Shown here: positions 17,132 to 25,014 of the stretch, piece after piece
How the letters are laid out: each line of letters opens with the position of its first letter
Position numbering within the stretch: the stretch's first letter is position 1
Origin: Chloroflexota bacterium
GTDB taxonomy: Bacteria; Chloroflexota; Anaerolineae; Anaerolineales; UBA11858
Length of the DNA: 64,000 bases
NCBI GenBank assembly: GCA_016865865.1
Contig: VGOC01000001.1
Coordinates: forward strand, 513-64,512
Direction of reading: 5' to 3'
Position numbers and translations under genes: made by a program
Notes under the pieces: generated by a model
Databases searched by the model: none
What the model was told of the DNA's origin: nothing
What the model saw: only the letters and a program-made list of their open reading frames with translations

Positions 17132-19231
17132 TTATACATCCCTTTTGATCACCATCAATGTAATGTCGTCTTGAGGGGGAAGATCTCCCAGGAAACCATA
17201 GAGAGCCTCCAGGATGGCCTGCTGCAAGCCTTCGGCTGATCTGCCCATATTCGTGTTGATTACCTTTTCCAACGCCTGGCGCTTGAAGAGTTCGCCGGCG
17301 CCATTTTGAGCTTCGGTGATGCCATCGGTATACAATACCAGCACATCACCGGAGTGGATCTGGATGCTGGCGCGCTCCCAGGTAGTTTCTTCTTCGATCC
17401 CAACAGGTAACCCGGTGCTCTGAAGAAACTCTGTCGAGGCTCCTTCGTCCGAACGCAGCAGGATGGGGGGGTTGTGCCCGGCGTTGGCGTAAGTCAATGT
17501 CCCTGCCTTGGGATCCAAAATGCCGTAAAAGATGGTCACGAAGAGATTGGCGCGCGAATCCATTAGAATCCTTTCGTTTGTGGCGAACAAGACGATATCG
17601 GGTTGGAATTCGAAATCGAGGGCATACGTGCGGACCAGGGTACGGCTCAGGGTCATGAACAAGGCCGGGCCGATGCCTTTATCGAGCACGTCAGCGAGCA
17701 CCAGGCCGATTTTGCCGTCTTCCAGAGGGATCACATCGAAGAAGTCTCCCGAGGTCTCTCCCGCGGGGACGATGGTTACGGAGAACTGCCACCCTGACAT
17801 ATCGGGGAAGGTGATGGGCAACAGGCTATCCTGGATTTGCCAGGCCAGTTTCAATTCTTCGCGCATGCGTTGAAATTCCAGGGATTGGGTATAGACCCTG
17901 GCCTGGTTGGCGGCCGAGGCGATCTGCGCCCCCAGGGATTGCATGGCGGGGCAGAGGTTTTGTAGGGCGCGCCGATCCCAGGGTTGAGCCAAAGCATAGA
18001 GTTCCAAATAAACACCCCCAAAGGTCTGCCCCGTCTCTCCATCTTTGATCGGTGCAACCACCATCGGGTCATGGTTTCTAATCCCATTATCCCAGGGGAG
18101 AGGCTCGTTAGCTAGAAATGTCTCACCCCGGGTTCGATTTAACAGCCAGGGCCAGATGGTCTCCAAATTGGGCTGCCAATCGAGGGGATATTTTGCCAAT
18201 ATATCCTCAGGGAAAGTCCAGATCACATATCGGCCGGCAGGGAACATGTTGGGCAGGTGATCGGAGAGAATGGTTGGCAGATCTTCGATGCAAGGAGGGG
18301 CGTTGATGATGGCGCGTCCCAGTTGCTCCAGGTGTTGCAACATGCGCGATTGTTGGCGACTGTTTTCACTCGACCAGCTCATCTGCCGCGCCAGAAAAGC
18401 CACGATCAACATGCCGCTGATGAAGAAAAGATAGACTGGAACGCCGTTTTGGGTATAGAGACCGGTCGCCAGGATCGCAAAAGGGTGCGCCAGATGGGGC
18501 AGTCCGAAGGCTAAGAAGAAGAAATATAATACGGAATAAACCCGATCCGACCCGGCTAACACTCTCTGTGACCAGGTTCCATAGACCAGGTATACAGCCC
18601 AGAGCAAGAGCTGTAGGATGAAATTGCTCGCCAACAAGCCAAACGCCAGGGCGATCGTATACGGGTTGATCGCCGCTAGAGGGTAGGTTCCCCCCAAATA
18701 TTGGTAGAGTGTGAAAGCGGTGAGAGCGACGGCGGTGCCGCTGGTGAGGTTCAGAGCCAGGTTTCGGGCCTGCCTCCACCGTGTGGTCAGGGAGGTTGTG
18801 GCAAACCAGTTGTCGAAGAATTCGAGCACGGCGCCAAAAACGGCCAGCCAGAACATGGTCGGGCCGAAGAGCAGCGCGCCTGACCACAAGATGACCCCGG
18901 CCAGAGAGCCGTTGGAGCTTCCGTATCGGTTAGCCCTGAGTTCGACGATCAGGAAGAAGCGCAGATGATTGAAAATAAAAAATAAGGTTGCGAATAACAA
19001 CAGCTCCCAGGGGTGTTTCTGGAAGAGCGACCAGTCGGTTTCGATTGCTAACCAGATCAGCCCGGCGAGGGCCAGCGGCAGGGCATACAGGAAGGTGACG
19101 ATATCCCCCACAGCGATGATCTGCCTCTCGATCTGCATATCCTCCACACCCGAGCGGAATTGGCGGGCGATGGCGAGGAGCAACCGGTAGCGTCTTGGAA
19201 TATGGGTGCGGGTTTTAGGAGGCGTTGTCAT
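17132..19231 (-). CDS. Membrane-bound PP2C-family (SpoIIE/RsbU-like) serine phosphatase
   Basis: About 330-aa multi-TM N-terminus, a GAF-like middle region, and a C-terminal 'SGDFFDVIPLEDGKIGLVLADVLDKG...YTDGITEA' PP2C signature. Confidence 0.85.
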   Translation of the reverse strand: MTTPPKTRTHIPRRYRLLLAIARQFRSGVEDMQIERQIIAVGDIVTFLYALPLALAGLIWLAIETDWSLFQKHPWELLLFATLFFIFNHLRFFLIVELRANRYGSSNGSLAGVILWSGALLFGPTMFWLAVFGAVLEFFDNWFATTSLTTRWRQARNLALNLTSGTAVALTAFTLYQYLGGTYPLAAINPYTIALAFGLLASNFILQLLLWAVYLVYGTWSQRVLAGSDRVYSVLYFFFLAFGLPHLAHPFAILATGLYTQNGVPVYLFFISGMLIVAFLARQMSWSSENSRQQSRMLQHLEQLGRAIINAPPCIEDLPTILSDHLPNMFPAGRYVIWTFPEDILAKYPLDWQPNLETIWPWLLNRTRGETFLANEPLPWDNGIRNHDPMVVAPIKDGETGQTFGGVYLELYALAQPWDRRALQNLCPAMQSLGAQIASAANQARVYTQSLEFQRMREELKLAWQIQDSLLPITFPDMSGWQFSVTIVPAGETSGDFFDVIPLEDGKIGLVLADVLDKGIGPALFMTLSRTLVRTYALDFEFQPDIVLFATNERILMDSRANLFVTIFYGILDPKAGTLTYANAGHNPPILLRSDEGASTEFLQSTGLPVGIEEETTWERASIQIHSGDVLVLYTDGITEAQNGAGELFKRQALEKVINTNMGRSAEGLQQAILEALYGFLGDLPPQDDITLMVIKRDV

Positions 19232-20072
19232 GGTGTGAAAGTGTTGTTCCGAAAGATTTTCCCCCGATTGCCCGGGTCACATTTTTCGGTTGCGCTCCTG
19301 AAAAAATGAGCACCTCGAGGCGAGGTATCTCCTCGACAACATCCAACATTTGCCTGACTTTGCTGGCCATCCCCCCGGTGACGTCCGTCCCTGCCGAGCT
19401 GCCCAAAGCTGGGGCGATTTCGGCGAAATCGGTGGGCGTGATGTTGGGGATCAGTTGCGCACATTGTGGGTAATCAGCCCAGACCCCTTCATCGAGTCCG
19501 GCTAATAGAATACGCCTCGGGTGAAGTTCTCGCGCCAGGTGGCAGAAAAGGTCTTCCGTTGAGAGAATCGTCCCGCCCCGGGCCGTATCGAAAATCACAT
19601 CGCCATGGATTACAGGGAGCAGGCCTGCGTTCAGCGCGGCGCGCAGCGGCTTCAGATCCCAGGCTTGCACCTGTCCATCGCGGGCGGTGACTGCCGCCGA
19701 GGGGTGCAGCGCGATGGCGGGTAGTTTTGCAGCGTGGAGCGCTTCCATCACAATATGGTTCAGCGTGGAGGCGTCCTGCCAGACTTCAGCGAAGCCGCGC
19801 CAGCCCTCGGGCGAATCCACCCCCTGGCGCGTGTTGTGCCTCCTGGCCGACACATGGGCGAACGAGCCAGCCCCATGCCCGATCACTAATCTCAACTCAT
19901 GATCTGCAGCGACTGCGTTCTGGATTTCATCGGCCAGCCGGGCGATGACCTCCAGACGGGGGGTGCGCGGCCGGGTCTTATCGGTGATCAGCGAGCCGCC
20001 GAGTTTGAGGAATTGGAGGCCTGTCCTGAGCGGAGTCGAAGGATTGGAGATTGGAGATTGGAGATTGGACAT
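19215..20072 (-). CDS. Isopentenyl phosphate kinase (amino-acid-kinase fold)
   Basis: 'LKLGGSLITDK', 'VIGHGAGSFAHVSA', 'DVTGGMASKV'. The first ~10 codons are heptamer-repeat derived, so the start is uncertain. The 3' end overlaps the PP2C start by 17 nt. Confidence 0.75.
   Translation of the reverse strand: MSNLQSPISNPSTPLRTGLQFLKLGGSLITDKTRPRTPRLEVIARLADEIQNAVAADHELRLVIGHGAGSFAHVSARRHNTRQGVDSPEGWRGFAEVWQDASTLNHIVMEALHAAKLPAIALHPSAAVTARDGQVQAWDLKPLRAALNAGLLPVIHGDVIFDTARGGTILSTEDLFCHLARELHPRRILLAGLDEGVWADYPQCAQLIPNITPTDFAEIAPALGSSAGTDVTGGMASKVRQMLDVVEEIPRLEVLIFSGAQPKNVTRAIGGKSFGTTLSHHDNAS
20041..20070. repeat. Heptanucleotide tandem repeat (GATTGGA)x4
   Basis: ggattggagattggagattggagattggac. 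On the minus strand it encodes 'SNLQSPISN' directly after the annotated ATG of the kinase. Confidence 0.9.
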
Positions 20073-20263
20073 TGCTCTAATACAAGAATTCGTTGAGACC
20101 TAGGGCGAAGCCGATCGCTTCGAATTCTTCGGGTTCAACAAAGGTTCGTCAATAGTCATATGAATGGTTTTCATTTTGAAGCTCCTTTCATGTGGATTAT
20201 AATCTACGTCCTAGTCCATATTGATATGAAAGTCAAGCCGAACACATTACTCGAAAACGAGCT

Positions 20264-20391
20264 ATATTGGTAACTATTCAGCCTAAGCGAGAGGTGCCCC
20301 GAAAAAAGGGTGTGCGTGGGGGTGCGCAGCACCCCCACGCACACCCTTTTTTCGGGAACTTTCTCTCGATGGCTGAGCAGTTACCTAATAT
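20264..20391. repeat. 128-bp palindromic MITE-like element, full copy
   Basis: Arms ATATTGGTAACTATTCAGCC..CCCGAAAAAAGGGTGTGCGTGGGGGTGC / GCACCCCCACGCACACCCTTTTTTCGGG..GGCTGAGCAGTTACCTAATAT. Second copy at 32511-32634. Confidence 0.85.
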
Positions 20392-20502
20392 TGTAAAATA
20401 GATCAGGTTGATGACAGGTGGGGCGCACTATCGCAAAGTGCACCCCACTTATCCCCTGTTCCTTATCACTTGTCACCTATCCCCTATCCCAAGGAGAGTA
20501 CA

Positions 20503-22317
20503 ATGCCAACTTTGCTTCAACTCCTCATTGTTATCATAATCATTCTGTTCCTTTGGTGGCTGATCAGCCTGATCTGGGGCAAGCCGTGGATCCTGAACCA
20601 TTTCTACGCCCGCGCCATGTTCGAGCTTTTCTTCGATAACCCAGAGATCATGACCTTGGTCGGCATCCTGGAACGCTTTGGCATCCAGGCCCACAACGCC
20701 AGGCTGACAGATGCTTCCGATGCATACGAGCGAAAACTCTTTCGCAGGATGGAACGCAATCTGAAAATTCTACGCAGCTACAAACGAGAGCGGATGAGCC
20801 CCTCTCAGCGATTGTCTACCGAAATCCTGGATTGGTACCTCGATGACCAGCTACGCATGGAGCCATTCCGGCACAACACTTACCCCGTCAATCAGATGTT
20901 TGGCGTCCAGTCCGAGCTGCCCAACCTGATGATGACCTTGCATCCGCTGAACAACCCGCGGGCCGCGCGCGCTTATGTCAAACGTCTGAGCAGGTTTGGG
21001 GTCAAGTTCGACCAGGTGCTGGAGGGGCTGCGAATCCGCCAGGAGAAAGGCTGTCTCCCGCCGAATTTCGCCATGCGACATGTGTTGGATGAGATGAGTG
21101 CTTTCATCGGGCGGCCGGCCAGGGAAAATCCGCTCTATACGGTTTTCGAGGAGAAAATCGGGAAGCTGAAAATCTCTCCAGGCGGTCGGGCCGGACTTCT
21201 GGCTGATGTCGAACGAGAAATCGAAAGGACGGCTTATCCTGCTTATCAGAAATTGATCGCCTATTTCACCGCGCTGGAATCTCGAGCAGCCGAGAATCAC
21301 GGGGTCTGGAATCTGCCCGACGGAGATGCGTATTATACGCAGTGTTTGAGGACGGCGACGACGACCGACCTGACCCCTGAGCAGGTGCATGAAATCGGCT
21401 TGCAAGAAGTCGCCCGCATCGAAAGGGAGATGTCGGCCATTCTCGAGGGGTTGGGCTACAAAGGCGTCCATCCGACCAGGCAGTTAGCTGCTTTCGGCGA
21501 AGACGAACGCTTTTTGTACCCCAACACGGACGAAGGCCGCGCCGATTGCCTGGCTGAATACCAACGCATCCTCGCCGAGATGGATCATACCCTACCCGAG
21601 GTCTTCGACGTCCGCCCCAAGGCCGGACTGGAAGTGCAGCGGGTGCCTGAGTTTCGTGAGAAAGCTATGGCCGGCGCGTACTACCAACCCTCCGATTTGG
21701 GAGGAAAACGCCCCGGCGTTTTTTTTGCTAATCTTCGGGACATGAAGGAAACCCAGAAATTCGGCATGAAGACACTGGCCTATCATGAGGGCATCCCCGG
21801 GCATCATTTCCAGATTGCCATAGCCATGGAGTTGAAGGGTGTGCCGTTTTTCCGGCGCTTGATCCCGTTTTTTGCGTATGTCGAGGGGTGGGCGATGTAT
21901 GCCGAGAATCTGGCGCGTGAGATGGGGGTATATCGGGACGATCCTTATAGCGAGTTAGGCTTCCTGGATTCGATCCTGTTTCGGGCGGTCCGTCTCGTTG
22001 TTGATACCGGCATTCACTATAAACGCTGGACGCGTGAACAGGCCATCGAGTATATGGAGCAGCACACCGGTCAGCCGCATGAAACCGTGGTCAGCGAGAT
22101 CGAACGTTATTTCGTCATGCCCGGCCAGGCCTGCTCCTATAAAATTGGCGAGATCAAAATCCTCGAGCTGCGCGCCAGAGCGCAGAAAGAGATGGGCGAG
22201 GATTTCGACATCCGCCAGTTCCATAACGTGATTTTGAAGAACGGCGGCATGCCTTTGACCATCTTGGAGAAAGTGATCGTCGGATATATTGGGAGTGGAA
22301 AATCTAGCTTATTCTAA
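20503..22317 (+). CDS. DUF885 family protein
   Basis: 'AYHEGIPGHHFQ' and 'VDTGIHYKRWTREQAIEYM' are typical of DUF885. N-terminal TM helix. AAGGAG precedes the ATG at 20503. Confidence 0.8.
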   Translation: MPTLLQLLIVIIIILFLWWLISLIWGKPWILNHFYARAMFELFFDNPEIMTLVGILERFGIQAHNARLTDASDAYERKLFRRMERNLKILRSYKRERMSPSQRLSTEILDWYLDDQLRMEPFRHNTYPVNQMFGVQSELPNLMMTLHPLNNPRAARAYVKRLSRFGVKFDQVLEGLRIRQEKGCLPPNFAMRHVLDEMSAFIGRPARENPLYTVFEEKIGKLKISPGGRAGLLADVEREIERTAYPAYQKLIAYFTALESRAAENHGVWNLPDGDAYYTQCLRTATTTDLTPEQVHEIGLQEVARIEREMSAILEGLGYKGVHPTRQLAAFGEDERFLYPNTDEGRADCLAEYQRILAEMDHTLPEVFDVRPKAGLEVQRVPEFREKAMAGAYYQPSDLGGKRPGVFFANLRDMKETQKFGMKTLAYHEGIPGHHFQIAIAMELKGVPFFRRLIPFFAYVEGWAMYAENLAREMGVYRDDPYSELGFLDSILFRAVRLVVDTGIHYKRWTREQAIEYMEQHTGQPHETVVSEIERYFVMPGQACSYKIGEIKILELRARAQKEMGEDFDIRQFHNVILKNGGMPLTILEKVIVGYIGSGKSSLF

Positions 22318-22710
22318 CCACTTGCCAACCACTTTGCCCATGCCGGTGCTTTGTCGTTTGAATCCCAAGTTTTCATAGAATTCCACAGCATCATCCGTGA
22401 ACAGATAGACATGCTGGCCGGTCAACCTCTTGAAGAGGTATTTCATCATCTGGCTGGCGACGCCCCGACTCCGGTAGGGAGCATACGTCCACACATCGAG
22501 TATATAGGCATTGCAGACTCCGTCCGAGAGCGCCCTGGCCTTGCCGATGATTTTGTCCCCATCGTAGGCGATGCAGGTCGCGAAGCTGTTCTCGAAGCAG
22601 GCCCTGAGTTGTTCGGGCGTGCGGCTATTGTCGTAGTGATCCTCGACGATTTTGTCTTTGATTTCGTCCCAGTCTACATTTTCGAGATCCGGCTTGAAGG
22701 TGATCGCCAT
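22309..22710 (-). CDS. GNAT family N-acetyltransferase
   Basis: 'IIGKARALSDGVCNAYILDVWTYAPYRSRGVASQMM..L' acetyl-CoA binding pattern. ATG at 22710 ('MAITFKP'). Confidence 0.8.
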   Translation of the reverse strand: MAITFKPDLENVDWDEIKDKIVEDHYDNSRTPEQLRACFENSFATCIAYDGDKIIGKARALSDGVCNAYILDVWTYAPYRSRGVASQMMKYLFKRLTGQHVYLFTDDAVEFYENLGFKRQSTGMGKVVGKWLE

Positions 22711-22718
22711 GTTACAGT

Positions 22719-23366
22719 TCATCCTTTCGACTGGTTGATCGAGCGGGCGATGAACCATTGGGCGGCGAAATAGGCGCTCAAGTTCAGGCCGCGCCCGGCC
22801 AGGAAGGGGAAGCGGAATTTGTTGATCGCCAGGATGGTATCGGAGAGCACGAAGAGCAGCGCGCCGATGAAGGCGAATAACACCCAACGATCCCGGGCTT
22901 GATCCCATTGATCCCAGGCGGTGTAGGCCATGGTCAGGATCACGACGATATAGAAGATCACCGGGAAGGTCATCTCTCCCAAGCCGGGCAATAAGATCAG
23001 GAAGATTCCCACCCCAAATGCCAGATACAGCAGCGCCGGAAGCCAGGCCATGCGCCAGGGTCGCTTTCCCATGAAGGCGCCGATATACACCAGGTGGGCA
23101 ATCAGGAAGCTGACCAATCCAAAGACGAACAAGTCGAACGGCAGCATCAGCATCACATCGCCAGCCAGGGAGAAGATCAGGCCGATGATCACCAGGTTTC
23201 TATACCGAATGATGACCGGCGGTTTCGACAGCGCTGCCAGAGCGATGATCAGCGAGGTGGTCAGGGGTTTGAAGATATAAATCTGGATGGGCGGGCCCTG
23301 ATATTCGGCCCACATGTGCAGCAGGGCGGAGACGATGATGAGAGCTGTCAGGATGAGAGTTTGCAT
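22719..23366 (-). CDS. YhhN-family lysoplasmalogenase-like membrane protein
   Basis: Polytopic. 'FKPLTTSLII', 'FSLAGDVMLM' and 'GALLFVLSDTILAINKF' are YhhN-type motifs. Confidence 0.78.
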   Translation of the reverse strand: MQTLILTALIIVSALLHMWAEYQGPPIQIYIFKPLTTSLIIALAALSKPPVIIRYRNLVIIGLIFSLAGDVMLMLPFDLFVFGLVSFLIAHLVYIGAFMGKRPWRMAWLPALLYLAFGVGIFLILLPGLGEMTFPVIFYIVVILTMAYTAWDQWDQARDRWVLFAFIGALLFVLSDTILAINKFRFPFLAGRGLNLSAYFAAQWFIARSINQSKG

Positions 23367-23520
23367 GGCGATTACCTCCATTCATTCAGGGGAACTGGGG
23401 CGCGGGGGGAGAAAAGGGGAGAACCGAACTGCTTTGATTGTAGTTGAGGCGGTGGAGGAGGTCAAGTTATCGTGAGGAGGCCATTTATTGGGGAGTTGCG
23501 GATATGATAAACTTATTTTT

Positions 23521-24372
23521 GGCGAATGGAATTCGCGGCTGCTGCGCGAAGCCTGCCTGCGTCAGCGAATGGGTCAGCGAATAGGATTCGCGGCTGCCGC
23601 GCGAAGCCTGCCTGCTCAGCGAATGGAATTCGCGGCTGTCGTGCGAAGCCTGCCTGCGCAGGCCGACTTACGTGGGGCAACCAGCGGAGGCTGGTTTTGT
23701 CAGGCAGCGTCGAATTTATTCGATGTGTGAATGGGCGAAAGGAAGCGGTTGTCGCGCGAGGAATGCCTCGCCTGCGTCAGCGAATGGAATTCGCGGCTGT
23801 CGTGCGAAGCCTGCCTGCGCAGGCTGACTTACGTGGGGCAACCGGCGGAGGCTGGTTTTGTCAGGCAGCGTCGAATCTATTCGATGTGTGAATGGGCGAA
23901 AGGAAGCGGTTGTCGCGCGAGGAATGCCTCGCCTGCGTCAGCGAATGGAATTCGCGGCTGTCGTGCGAAGCCTGCCTGCGCAGGCTGACTTACGTGGGAC
24001 AACCGGCGGAGGCTGGTTTTGTCAGGCAGCGTCGAATTTATTCGATGTGTGAATGGGCGAAAGGAAGCGGTTGTCGCGCGAGGAATGCCTCGCCTGCTTA
24101 GCGAATGGAATTCGCGGCTGTCGTGCGAAGCCTGCCTGCGCAGGCTGACTTACGTGGGGCAACCAGCGGAGGCTGGTTTTGTCAGGCAGCGTCGAATTTA
24201 TTCGATGTTTGAATGGGCGAAAGGAAGCGGTTGTCGCGCGAGGAATGCATCGCCTGCGTCAGCGAATGGAATTCGCGGCTGTCGTGCGAAGCCTGCCTGC
24301 GCAGGCTGACTTACGTGGGGCAACCAGCGGAGGCTGGTTTTGTCAGGCAGCGTCGAATTTATTCGATGTTTG
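23521..24372 (+). repeat. Tandem array of hairpin-rich REP-like units (~161 bp)
   Basis: Units start at 23619, 23780, 23941, 24101 and 24262 (periods 161/161/160/161). The last unit is truncated at about 24372. Two short degenerate partial units precede them (23521-23618). The copies differ by only a few substitutions. Confidence 0.95.
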
Positions 24373-24421
24373 AAAGCGTCGAAGAGGGACAGTTTTTGGT
24401 GTAGAATTTAAGGTAGGACCA

Positions 24422-24853
24422 ATGAAAAAGTATTCCGCCCATACCGAGCTATATATCCATATCATCTGGGGAACCTGGGATCGTTTGCCGTTGATCACCG
24501 AGGCCATCGAACGGCGTTTGTATGCCGCAATCGCGGCTAAATGCCGCGAGTTGACATGTATCCCACTGGCTATCGGCGGCATTGAAGATCACGTGCATCT
24601 GCTGGCGCGCCTGCATGCTCCGATCTCGGTTTCGGAGCTTGTCAAAGGCGTCAAAGGTTCTTCTTCCCATTTGGTCACCCACGAGATCACGCCGGGTCAG
24701 TTCTTCAAATGGCAGGGAAGTTATAGCGCCTTCTCTGTCAGTCCGGCGGACCTGCCGCGCCTGGAGGTTTATATAGCCAACCAGAAGCAGCACCATGCCG
24801 CCAACGATCTGACCCTTGAGTGGGAGACATTGAACCCAGAAGCGGAAGAATAA
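24422..24853 (+). CDS. IS200/IS605-family Y1 (HUH) transposase-like protein, RAYT-like
   Basis: 'YIHIIWGTWDRLPLI', HUH motif 'EDHVHLLARL', 'VKGVKGSSSH', 'WQGSYSAFSVS' (candidate catalytic Tyr), 'YIANQKQHH'. Flanked on both sides by the same repeat. Confidence 0.85.
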   Translation: MKKYSAHTELYIHIIWGTWDRLPLITEAIERRLYAAIAAKCRELTCIPLAIGGIEDHVHLLARLHAPISVSELVKGVKGSSSHLVTHEITPGQFFKWQGSYSAFSVSPADLPRLEVYIANQKQHHAANDLTLEWETLNPEAEE

Positions 24854-24860
24854 CAGGCCA

Positions 24861-24981
24861 GCGAATGGAATTCGCGGCTGTCGCGCGAAGCCAGCCTGCG
24901 CAGGCTGACTTACGTGGGACAACCAGCGAAGGCTGGTTTCGCAAGCCAGCGTCGAATTTATTCGATGCGTGAATGGGCGAA
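24861..24981 (+). repeat. Additional copy of the REP-like unit downstream of the Y1 transposase gene
   Basis: GCGAATGGAATTCGCGGCTGTCGCGCGAAGCCAGCCTGCGCAGGCTGACTTACGTGGGACAACCAGCGAAGGCTGG...CGAATTTATTCGATG. Same orientation as the upstream array. Starts 7 nt after the tnpA stop. Confidence 0.9.
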
Positions 24982-25014
24982 TTCATTCGATATTCTTGGA
25001 AAGGAGCAGGCCTC

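Noticed and set aside
23521-24372. Possible CRISPR array.
   Set aside because: The units abut directly with no unique spacers. The period (~161 bp) is far from CRISPR repeat-spacer dimensions, and no cas genes are nearby.
23488-24404. Nine overlapping 60-120-aa ORFs in the track (for example 'MEFAAVVRSLPAQADLRGATSGGWFCQAASNLFDV').
   Set aside because: They are translations of the tandem 161-bp repeat in several frames. The same peptides recur with the repeat period and have no start or RBS context. They are not genes.
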